Shown here: one piece after another, positions 11,012 to 19,332 of the stretch
Numbering within the stretch: the first letter of the stretch is position 1
How the letters are laid out: each line of letters opens with the position of its first letter
Assembly (NCBI GenBank): GCA_963692865.2
Contig: OY843592.1
Location: 1 to 64,000 of the forward strand
Direction of reading: 5' to 3'
Origin: a bacterium
Lineage (GTDB): Bacteria > UBA8248
Length of the DNA stretch: 64,000 bases
Notes under the pieces: generated by a model
What the model saw: the letters and a program-made list of their open reading frames with translations, nothing else
What the model was told of the DNA's origin: nothing
Database searches by the model: none
Position numbers and translations under genes: made by a program

Positions 11012-11327
11012 CTTTCACCTCTTTCCGGCCTGAGCGCCGCCTCCCCGATACGCCGCCGGGAGAACGGACTCCGCCTCGTCATGCGCTCTCTGCGTCCGAA
11101 ACCAGCCCGTCGCGGGCGATTTCGCGCAAAAGCTAACAGATTGAATCATATTGGATTACGGAAATACCGACTTCCTAACTTGCCAGATAATACCACAGAT
11201 GGGGGCCGAGGACGAGGGCGATCCGGAATTCGAGCGCAAAAAGCGCCGCTTACGGGGGTTGGGGAAAAAGCCCCTGAAAGCGATTTTGGGTTTCGCGCAT
11301 GCTTTTGAAGTTCACTCCCCCCTTGAG

Positions 11328-11520
11328 GGGGGTGTTGAAAAACCCCTCCTCGCTCGGATTGACCACCGCCGTCATTGTCGTTTCTATTGTAGGGGCCGCA
11401 TATCATGCGGCCCGGCTTTTTCGCCTTCACAATACGGGTCGCATGATATGTCGGACATATATGTCCGACCTACGGGTAAAACGTGGTTGATCCGAGAGGG
11501 ACAGGTTTTTCAACAACCCC
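11328..11520. mobile_element. MITE with TGTTGAAAAA ends carrying GTAG palindromes
   Basis: GGGGGTGTTGAAAAA...TTTTTCAACAACCCC; TTGAG duplicated at 11323-11327 and 11521-11525. Confidence 0.75.
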
Positions 11521-11796
11521 TTGAGGGTCTGGCTTCCCGAGGGGAAAGCCCAACGGTGAAGCCGAGCGTTTTTTGCGAAGGCTAAACCGGTGGGGGGAGA
11601 TTTACTCTGTGGCATGTCCCCCCACCAACTCGCCTGCGGGCTTCGCCCTTGCCTCATCGTCGGCCTTCCCGAGGAGGAAAGATGGGGTAATCGGGTTGGT
11701 CTGCGAACTACCGCGTGTGGCGGATGTTCCTCTGCCTTATGATTCGAGGCGAGGCCGGGATGGTCCGGTCTCTACGCGCCCGCAGGAGGAGCAGTC

Positions 11797-12837
11797 ATGA
11801 ACTACTTTGCAGGACTCGACGTGTCGTTGGAGTGGACGAGTGTGTGCGTGGTGGACGCGGAGGGCGGGATCGTCCGGGAGGCGAAGGTCGCGAGCGAACC
11901 CGCGGCCCTCGTGGCGTTCTTCACCGGACTGGCCTTCGGCGTAACGCGCATCTGCCTGGAGGCGGGGCCGCTGTCACAGTGGCTCCATGACGGTCTGGCC
12001 GAGGCCGGGTTCCCGGTGGTTTGCGCCGAGACGCGGCAACTGAAGGCGGTGCTCTCGGCGACGGTGAACAAGAGCGACCGCGACGACGCGCGCGGCATCG
12101 CCCAGTTGGTTCGCGCGAACCTGATTCGCCCGGTGCACGTGAAGACGGTGTCGAGCCAGGAAAAACGCATGCTCCTCGCCAACCGCAGGTTCATGCTGAA
12201 GCAGTTGTGCGACGCCGAGGCCCACATCCGGGGCACGCTGCGCAACTTCGGGCTGAAGATGGGCAAGGTCACCCGTCGCGGTTTGGAGGCGCGTGTAGGG
12301 TGTCTGGTCGCGGAGCGCCCGGAGTTGGCGCGCCTGGTGGCGCCGATGCTGCGGGCTCGCTCTGCGCTGCTGGCGGAATACGTCCGGCTGCACAGGATGA
12401 TGCTGGAGGCGGCGCGAGCCGATCCGGTCTGCCGGCGCCTGATGACGGTTCCCGGCGTGGGTCCGGTGACGGCGCTCACCTTCCGGGCGAGCGTCGACGT
12501 GCCATCGCGTTTTGCGCGCTCGCGCTCGGTGGGCGCGCACTTCGGGCTTGTGCCTCGCAAATGGCAATCCGGAGAGGTCGACCGCACGGGAAGCATCTCC
12601 AAATGCGGCGACGCGATGATGCGCGCGGCGCTCTACGAAGCCGCCAACGTCTTGCTCGGGCGCACGACGCGGTGGTCATGGCTGAAAGCCTGGGCGATGG
12701 GTGTGGCGAAGCGTCGCGGCAAGTCGCGCGCGAAGGTTGCGCTCGCCCGCCGGCTCGGCGTCATCATGCACCGCATGTGGATGGATGGCAGTGAGTTCCG
12801 CTGGAAGCGCGACGGCGCGGATGCTTCGGCTGCCTGA
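11797..12837 (+). CDS. IS110-family DEDD transposase/recombinase
   Basis: GLDVS, CLEAG, KSDRDDA and C-terminal FGLVPRKWQSG...GSISKCG. Confidence 0.95.
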   Translation: MNYFAGLDVSLEWTSVCVVDAEGGIVREAKVASEPAALVAFFTGLAFGVTRICLEAGPLSQWLHDGLAEAGFPVVCAETRQLKAVLSATVNKSDRDDARGIAQLVRANLIRPVHVKTVSSQEKRMLLANRRFMLKQLCDAEAHIRGTLRNFGLKMGKVTRRGLEARVGCLVAERPELARLVAPMLRARSALLAEYVRLHRMMLEAARADPVCRRLMTVPGVGPVTALTFRASVDVPSRFARSRSVGAHFGLVPRKWQSGEVDRTGSISKCGDAMMRAALYEAANVLLGRTTRWSWLKAWAMGVAKRRGKSRAKVALARRLGVIMHRMWMDGSEFRWKRDGADASAA

Positions 12838-12879
12838 GGTCGAGACACTGAAGAAGGAGGACCACAGACAAACCCTGTA

Positions 12880-13110
12880 GCTTCCGCCTCGGCGGGGGAT
12901 GCTCCCGTGGGGACGAGGGACGAAGTGAGTACGCTGTCGGCCTAGCCCCGCTGCGTCGGTGACGATGCGAGGGCGCAGGAAAGATTGTTCCACTTCGTTC
13001 TCCGATCCCATCCTGTTGACGGCCCCCGGCTCGGGAGTCGATCACGAAGAGAAGCGAGACCCCCATGGAGCGTCATCTGCAGCCAAAGGCGGAACAGGTC
13101 TGACAGAACC
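12880..13110 (+). ncRNA. Putative bridge/seek RNA of the IS1111 element (ends approximate)
   Basis: Stem 12917-12927/12991-13001 encloses GTCGGCCT (12936-12943) and AGGAAAGA (12977-12984), which match the two halves of the insertion target. Confidence 0.75.
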
Positions 13111-13295
13111 AGGGGAGAGGAACTTGACTTGCCCTACCCGATTAGAGAAGGCCGACCCTCAAGGGGGGAGTGAATCCCTCTCTCGGCTTTCGGGGACATA
13201 CGACAAATCTAGGAATCAGGGCTTTTTCAACAGCCCTGTCAAGGGAGGGTAAGGGGGGTTGCCTTTATACCTTCTCCTGGTTTTTCAAGAAGCCC

Positions 13296-13730
13296 TTACG
13301 CCTCTTTTATGACCATATAGGTGGCCGAGGCGAAACAGACGAGCCTTTCCGCATCGTCGAGAATCCGCATCTCCCACACCGAGGTCTTGCGCCCCAGATG
13401 CAGGGCCTTCGCCTCGCCGATGAGGGTTCCCTCCTTCACCGGACGGACGAAGTTGATCTTCATCTCCACCGTCACCACTTCCGTGCCGACCGGGTAGCTC
13501 ACGTAGCTGCCCACGCCGCCGACGGTGTCGGCCAGCGACGCCAGCGCTCCGCCGTGGATGATCCCGAAGGGCTGGTGGAGCCTCGGCTCCACGGGCATCG
13601 CGACGCGGGCGAAGCCCGCTTCCGCTTCGAGCACCTCGAAACCCAGGAGGTCGTTGAAGTTCCCCCGCCAGCGGGCCTGGAACACCCGCTCGACCTCTTC
13701 CCTCGTCCATGAGCGACCCATCGTCATCAC
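13296..13730 (-). CDS. PaaI-family thioesterase
   Basis: HQPFGIIHGGALASLAD, VEMKINFVRPV. Confidence 0.9.
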   Translation of the reverse strand: MMTMGRSWTREEVERVFQARWRGNFNDLLGFEVLEAEAGFARVAMPVEPRLHQPFGIIHGGALASLADTVGGVGSYVSYPVGTEVVTVEMKINFVRPVKEGTLIGEAKALHLGRKTSVWEMRILDDAERLVCFASATYMVIKEA

Positions 13731-13854
13731 CTCGAACGCGCGCGCCCCGCGTGAGGGTCATGCGCGCGAAATGCGTCCAGGAATTCAACGGAATATCAAC
13801 GACGAAACGGAACCATCCCAGGAAGGTTAAAGAGCCTTCACGAAACGCCGCAAA

Positions 13855-14229
13855 TTACGCCGATCTTTTGAGCAGCACCGCCAGGGCTTCGGTGGATTTC
13901 CCGAGGGCTTCGTTCGATTTTTCCAAGCCCTCGTTCGTTTTATCCAGGCCTTCCAGCGTCTTATCAAAGCCCTCAAGGGTTTTATCCAGAGTCACCATTG
14001 TTTTATCCAAACCCGCCATGGTTTTATCCAAGCTCTGCATGGTTTTCTGCAGCGCTTCCCTGCCTTCTTGGCCCTGGGCGATTATCTCATCGAGCGCCTT
14101 GTCCCTCTGCCTGGTGCCGGCGCGCATGGTGTAGAGGCCATACCAGATCAAGGCGCTTTGCGCGATGCCCACGGCGAATTGCGCGATGCTTATGAGGTCT
14201 CCCGTAGTGATCGGCTGCAAATCCATCAT
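13855..14229 (-). CDS. Small membrane-anchored coiled-coil protein with heptad repeats
   Basis: N-terminal hydrophobic helix, then 8 L(D/E)K(T/S)xxx heptads; paralog-like similarity to 55760..56290. Confidence 0.7.
   Translation of the reverse strand: MMDLQPITTGDLISIAQFAVGIAQSALIWYGLYTMRAGTRQRDKALDEIIAQGQEGREALQKTMQSLDKTMAGLDKTMVTLDKTLEGFDKTLEGLDKTNEGLEKSNEALGKSTEALAVLLKRSA
13885..14052 (-). repeat. Degenerate in-frame 21-bp tandem repeat (~8 units)
   Basis: LQKTMQS-LDKTMAG-LDKTMVT-LDKTLEG-FDKTLEG-LDKTNEG-LEKSNEA-LGKSTEA. Confidence 0.75.
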
Positions 14230-14454
14230 CTTTCCACACCCTCTCTCTTTCCGGGTCCTCATTCAGGTTGTCTCAAGGTATTCTCGTGAACATTATAGAA
14301 CCAAAACGCGGGGTGAGCGCAAACGCGCGGCTCCCTCATTATGAAACCACACAACCAGATGAACTCTCAAACAGGCCTACGGCCCTGTCCCCACCGTCGT
14401 ATGCCCCGCGGCTATCCACGCGATACGGGCGAGAACGATGCTCTTGAGTGCCGA

Positions 14455-14769
14455 TCAGCCGAAGATCTGCGTCGGCACGCGGCCCCATTCGGCGGGGTCG
14501 GTCACGATGTCGCCGCCCTCGCCCTCGTAGGAGAAGAAGAGGAGTTCGGTCTCGGTCTTTTTGCCCTTCTTTTCCAGACGCCGCACGGTGATGGTCGGCA
14601 CGTGGACGCCGAGTTCGAAGTTCTTGGCGTGGCTCACCGATATGCTCGCGCCGAACTTGGCGGCGCAGCTCTCCAGTTGCTCCCTCGTCGTCTTCACCCG
14701 GCCGTCGGCGAGGATTTCCCCGCCGAAATTCTCCGTGAGGTCGACCACAAAAATTTCAGGCTCCAGCAT
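14455..14769 (-). CDS. Hypothetical protein (104 aa)
   Basis: AAGGGAG RBS, host-like codon usage. Confidence 0.7.
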   Translation of the reverse strand: MLEPEIFVVDLTENFGGEILADGRVKTTREQLESCAAKFGASISVSHAKNFELGVHVPTITVRRLEKKGKKTETELLFFSYEGEGGDIVTDPAEWGRVPTQIFG

Positions 14770-15042
14770 GATGGCGCATTCTCCCTTGATGCGTGATGAA
14801 AGAAACCCCTGTTCGGGGCCTGCGAAAGCGCGGAGTCTAGCAGAAAGGGGTGAGGTGAGAAAGGGGGCTGGGTTCGCCCAATAAAAACAAAATCCGCATA
14901 TCGTCATTCGGGAATGAAACGTTTGGATCGTCTCTTCTTCAGGTCTAAGGCATTGGCGAATAACGCCCACAAAGGACGTTAGGCGCAAGTCCGAATTTTT
15001 CAAATGCAACGCAAGACACGAGGAAGAAACGGGAGTGGGCGT

Positions 15043-15627
15043 CTACTCATCCGCCTCTCTCAAAAAATCCCTGACCCGCTGGCTCGCTTCTGCAACCGTC
15101 TTGATCTGTGTTTCCCCGGCCGTCCAAGGCCTTCCGGGATGAAGGGTATCCCACCAACTTCGTTCCGTCGTCCCGCGCCTCCTACCTTGATCGTGTTTTC
15201 CGAAACCGTCCAGGCAACTGTTCCAGACGGGCCTGTAGCGCTTAATAAGCGCCTGTTCGGCGAACACGATCCAGACGGGAACAATCGCCAATACCCGACA
15301 CGAGAAATCTTCGAGCGAGAGATTCTCCACTTGATCGATGGAGCGCGCATGTTGTCTGATTCTATCCCGCAAAGCCGGATGCTCGACATCCAGTTCACCA
15401 CCCGTTCTCGAACCTTTGGGAACCGCCTTGCCGGCGTAGATGGGTCTCGTCCCATCCGCAATAGGCCGATACTCAGCCATTGCCCCTTCATAGTAGAGCG
15501 CGTAGATTCCCGGCCCCTGGACTCCTGCGATACTGTCCAGCGGTATCCGTTCCTGCTTCTCGAAGTGCGCGACGGTGCCTGCCATAAGATTGTCGTAGGT
15601 AAGCGGATCCCAAAGCTCCGGCATCAT
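15043..15627 (-). CDS. Eco29kI-family GIY-YIG type II restriction endonuclease
   Basis: GPGIYALYY, PIYAGKAVP, WNSCLDGFGKHDQG, SWWDTLHPGRPW; ATGA overlap with the MTase stop. Confidence 0.88.
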   Translation of the reverse strand: MMPELWDPLTYDNLMAGTVAHFEKQERIPLDSIAGVQGPGIYALYYEGAMAEYRPIADGTRPIYAGKAVPKGSRTGGELDVEHPALRDRIRQHARSIDQVENLSLEDFSCRVLAIVPVWIVFAEQALIKRYRPVWNSCLDGFGKHDQGRRRGTTERSWWDTLHPGRPWTAGETQIKTVAEASQRVRDFLREADE

Positions 15628-16943
15628 GTGCGCCTCAACTCCACAATGGACTCGTAAAGCGCGCGGCCGTTCGCCTTCCCCGCGCGGACGCTCGAGTTGA
15701 TGATGCTGTTGCCGACCCGCGCTTGCCGGGGAACGTGGATGTCCGCAACCTCGAAGCCGCGCGATTCCGCGATTCTGGCGAGGAATCGGTCCGTCGGTAT
15801 CGGAACGCCCTGCAGGATGGAATTGCCGATGACCACCAAGGCGGTCGCACCGCTCCGCAGGCACCATGCGGCCCCAGCGGCGAAACGCGCGCAGTCGTTG
15901 AAATAACGCGCCGCGTAATTTGCCCAACCGCTTCCTCCATAAATCCCCTTCTCGGGATTCCGGCCCCGCACTTCGGTGAGCGCTTGCCGAATTTCTTCAT
16001 CCTCGATGGACGGATCGAGCGCGACATGCTCTCTATCGCGCGCGTTCTGCCAGTAGGTACCGAAGTTGAGTTCCTCCAGATGCTTCATGCCGTGCGGGGA
16101 AGCGCAAAAACCCAGCCAGTACAGATGCGGACGGGTGTTCCGGTTATAGTGGTAATTATTCAGATACGGCGGGGAGGTGATGAGGATGTCGGCGCTTCCC
16201 GCTTCGAGACTCGAATAACCGTCGAAGAACGACTGCTCGAAAATCCGCCCGTCCTCGCGTTCTCGCGGATCACGGGCCTCTCGATACCAAATGGCGTCTT
16301 CCACCATTTGGAGCACCTTGTCTCCCATCGCCCCGGCCACATCGTAATCTTCCACGTCGGGTCTTCCGACGGCGGCCTTGCGTCCCAGGCTCGGCTCATA
16401 GGAGTAGTTCGAATAACTGACCATCGTCGCCGCAAATGCGAGTCGGTAGATATCGGCGATTTGAGCCTCCTCGCCCGCGATGAAGTCCAGGGCCGTCAAA
16501 ACCTTTTGCTCGACCTTGGGGCTGTAAAAAGGCGCGCGCGTGCGGAAAGCTGCCGGAGGGTTCGTCCGCGGCTTCCTCCCGCTTTGCATGCACTCCTCCA
16601 TGAACGTCATGAAGCGACTGATAGTGCTTCGGAGGTAATGCGGATCAAGCCGGTGGGCCTTCAACTTCGCTTGCGCCGCGAATGCGGCATAGGGATTTAT
16701 CTCGAAGCCGACGGCTTCATGCCCCGCCAGATCGGCCTCGACGAGGGTCGTCCCGACTCCGGCAAACGGATCGAGGACAACGCCGGGGCCCGAGGTGTAG
16801 CGCGCGAGCGCATCCTCGACGAAGTGCTTGGAGTATCCCGCGATCCAGGGAACCCAGCGGTGGATCGGAGCATCCCGGTTCGCCATGAACGCCGGGTCCC
16901 GGAAAGCGGTTCCATTGCGGGTTTTAACATCCAACGTCGTCAC
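15624..16943 (-). CDS. Amino-DNA methyltransferase (probably N4-cytosine) of a type II R-M system
   Basis: Motif I DPFAGVGTT precedes motif IV TSPPY; N-terminal HRWVPWIAGYS. Confidence 0.88.
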   Translation of the reverse strand: MTTLDVKTRNGTAFRDPAFMANRDAPIHRWVPWIAGYSKHFVEDALARYTSGPGVVLDPFAGVGTTLVEADLAGHEAVGFEINPYAAFAAQAKLKAHRLDPHYLRSTISRFMTFMEECMQSGRKPRTNPPAAFRTRAPFYSPKVEQKVLTALDFIAGEEAQIADIYRLAFAATMVSYSNYSYEPSLGRKAAVGRPDVEDYDVAGAMGDKVLQMVEDAIWYREARDPREREDGRIFEQSFFDGYSSLEAGSADILITSPPYLNNYHYNRNTRPHLYWLGFCASPHGMKHLEELNFGTYWQNARDREHVALDPSIEDEEIRQALTEVRGRNPEKGIYGGSGWANYAARYFNDCARFAAGAAWCLRSGATALVVIGNSILQGVPIPTDRFLARIAESRGFEVADIHVPRQARVGNSIINSSVRAGKANGRALYESIVELRRT

Positions 16944-17247
16944 TAGATTACCAGATTCCTGTATCCGGGCTTTTGACGGACATATTGAGCGCGATTCTCG
17001 TCAACAGGGTCGGCGCGTCCATCGAACCCTCTCCATGGCGGGTCGAGAAATCCACTGCATATCCGTTCGGATGTTTTCCGCACAACCACAACGATACAAG
17101 CGTTCGAGAAGAGGCTGAACCGATTCGTCTGCGCCCGAATGGGGTCTCGGGCATTCACGCCGTGCGTCCAGGCGGACAGCGTCGATTCAGCGGGCGGGTC
17201 CCCAGCGAGTTATATGCCATCAGTATATACGATTGACATTCCCGCCG

Positions 17248-17312
17248 CAAAAGGAGGGCGAAAAACCCGCCGCTCCCCCTACCAGTCCCAGAACAGGGTA
17301 TACGCCCTGCCG
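17248..17312. repeat. Direct repeat of 18184-18247 (3' end of the 18214..18984 gene plus downstream bases)
   Basis: CAAAAGGAGGGCGAAAA..CCCCTACCAGTCCCAGAACAGGGTATA.GCCCTGCCG at both sites. Confidence 0.85.
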
Positions 17313-17495
17313 TTAAATTGCAGCGTGAATGCCCGCGGGAGGTTATCGGGGGACAAGAAATAAAATCCGTTATATCGCTATCCGGGAATGAAACGTTTGG
17401 GGCGTTTCACCTGCAACCGCTTGGTTTCTCCGTTTCCGCAAGGATAAATCCAGCCCTCGTCCCTACGGGTCACACTCGTCATTTCGCCGGGCGCC

Positions 17496-18020
17496 TCAGC
17501 CTCTCACCCGATTGTCCGGGTTCTCCCCATCGGACGCCCACCGCGCCGGATTCTCCCGAATGTATTCCCGGATACGGTTCAGGTCTTCATCGTCGCGGAT
17601 AACGTGATCGTGAAAGGAACGCTGCCATTGGAAGAAGGCGAGGCCGCCTTCGCGTATTCGTTTCGATGACGTGGTTTTGAACGCGCCGATCAATTCCGAC
17701 AACGATTTGGTTTTCGCCTCATCCGTAGGGACAGGTCGCGACCTGTCCGCGCCACCGGGCCGGATTACCAAGATACCGTGCAGATGATCCGGCATAACGA
17801 TGTATTCATCCAATTCGACGTACTCATACCGCTCGGCCAACCATCCCCACCGCTCGTTCACGATTTCTCCCGCCCCGTTCAAATTCATCTCTCCGTTCTC
17901 TACACGCCCGAAATGATTGATGCGATCTTGCGCGCAAATCGTCACGAAATAATGCCTCGCCCGGGAATAATCGTATCCCTTCAATCGATTCGGTTTTCGG
18001 TTTCTTTCGCTCAAGCCCAT
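17496..18020 (-). CDS. REP-associated tyrosine transposase (RAYT, HUH Y1)
   Basis: RLKGYDYS, YFVTIC, MPDHLHGIL (HUH), WQRSFHDHVIR, YIRENP; GTAG palindromes at 18040-18063 and inside the gene at 17725-17748. Confidence 0.92.
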   Translation of the reverse strand: MGLSERNRKPNRLKGYDYSRARHYFVTICAQDRINHFGRVENGEMNLNGAGEIVNERWGWLAERYEYVELDEYIVMPDHLHGILVIRPGGADRSRPVPTDEAKTKSLSELIGAFKTTSSKRIREGGLAFFQWQRSFHDHVIRDDEDLNRIREYIRENPARWASDGENPDNRVRG

Positions 18021-18081
18021 ATTTTCGCCGCATCAGCAAGGACAGGTCGCGACCTGTCCCTACCAAAAGTCAAATTCTCAC

Positions 18082-18179
18082 TCACCACCCATTCTCGACC
18101 CTTTGGGAACTGCCTTGCCGGCGCAGATGCCGCGCCCCGTCCGCGATGGACTCGTAAAGCGCACGGCCATTCACCTTCC
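18082..18179 (-). pseudogene. Relic of the R-M genes (REase fragment fused to MTase 3' fragment)
   Basis: 18082-18147 resembles 15395-15462; 18146-18179 resembles 15646-15679. Confidence 0.75.
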
Positions 18180-18213
18180 AACCCAAAAGGAGGGCGAAAA
18201 CCCGCCGCTACCC

Positions 18214-18984
18214 CTACCAGTCCCAGAACAGGGTATAGGCCCTGCCGGTGACGGGGCCGGTTTCGCGCCACTCCAGGCGGGTCTGGCCGGTCTCGTTCAG
18301 AAGGCGGGGATAGACGCGGCGCTTGTTGAAGCTGTTCGACGCCCCCTGGGACTCCTCGCGCCGCGCGCCCGCGAGCTTGCGGCCGGGGGGAATGAGCACT
18401 TCGAGGTGAAACTCGTCCGTGGGGTACTCGACCACGAGGGTGACCCATTCGTTTCGCGAGGTGAACGAATCGCGCAGGCGCAGTTCGTGGCGAAGCTCGA
18501 AGAGCGCGCCCTCGGGAATCGGCTCGGCGAGCGGCAGGTGCGCGGAATAATCCTCCCCCGTCTCGCCCTCGATGCGGTATTCCAGGGGCGTCCAGGGGGG
18601 GTCGGCCTCCCCTTCTTCCACGAGGCGGTAGGAATAGGCCGCCTCCCGCTCCCCGCTGCCCGTGTGGTAGCGCGTGCGGATGCGCGGCATCTCCCGCCGG
18701 GCCAGGCATCGCCGGACGCTCTCCATGCGCGCGCTCCGGCCCTCGGCGTCCTCAATCTTGTAGGCGCGGGCGTGGCGCAGGACGCGGTAGTCGTACCCGT
18801 CGTCCCCCGTCCTCTCCGCCGGGGGAGCGGAGCCGGCGAGGCCGGCTTCTTCCTCGAGACGCCGCAAGCGCGCGTCGAGCGCCTTGAGCTCCCCGGCGAA
18901 CTCCTGCTGGCGTTTCAGGATCGAAGAAATGTCGCCGAAGAGCTCTTTGAGCAGATCCCGCGTTTCCGGATTTTCGTCCGTCAT
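18214..18984 (-). CDS. Hypothetical protein: N-terminal coiled coil plus beta-rich C-terminal domain
   Basis: Heptad pattern in residues ~10-46; ends GRAYTLFWDW. Confidence 0.75.
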   Translation of the reverse strand: MTDENPETRDLLKELFGDISSILKRQQEFAGELKALDARLRRLEEEAGLAGSAPPAERTGDDGYDYRVLRHARAYKIEDAEGRSARMESVRRCLARREMPRIRTRYHTGSGEREAAYSYRLVEEGEADPPWTPLEYRIEGETGEDYSAHLPLAEPIPEGALFELRHELRLRDSFTSRNEWVTLVVEYPTDEFHLEVLIPPGRKLAGARREESQGASNSFNKRRVYPRLLNETGQTRLEWRETGPVTGRAYTLFWDW

Positions 18985-19332
18985 GTCCGCTCATCCCCCG
19001 CGCTTCGCCGCGGCCCCTCACGGCGCATTCGCCCGCATTTGCCGCGACGCCGCGACGTAAAGAACAAGGTATATCAACACAGCGGGCGCGCGGGCAAGGA
19101 GCGGCATCCGTCCTCCCGCCGGGTTTGCTCCTCACCCCAGCCGAAGGAGGCCGCCGACGTTGCGCGGCGCAATCGGCATGGGCCGATGCATTATCGAACG
19201 ACACCAGCCTCATGAGCGAAAAATCGCCCGGCGCGCATCCCGTTTCCCGACCGGGCAAAACCGAAAAATTGGATAAATATGTATAAATTCACGACGTTTT
19301 TCGATAAACAACTGAAAGTTTATAATATTGAT

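Larger units (their letters stand above)
11683..13148 (+). mobile_element. IS110-family, IS1111-type insertion sequence
   Basis: Subterminal IRs TAATCGGGTTGG (11688-11699) and CCTACCCGATTA (13133-13144); DEDD transposase; ~300-bp downstream non-coding region; (A)GA core at both junctions. Confidence 0.9.
11311..13174. repeat. TTCACTCCCCCCTTGAGGG...CCCTCAAGGGGGGAGTGAA repeat element, interrupted by a MITE and an IS110
   Basis: Terminal IRs; internal sequence matches the uninterrupted copies at 45858-46033 and 58751-58920. Confidence 0.75.

Noticed and set aside
16948-17236. Controller (C) protein upstream of the R-M genes
   Set aside because: The short ORFs show no HTH pattern and I saw no C-box-like repeat
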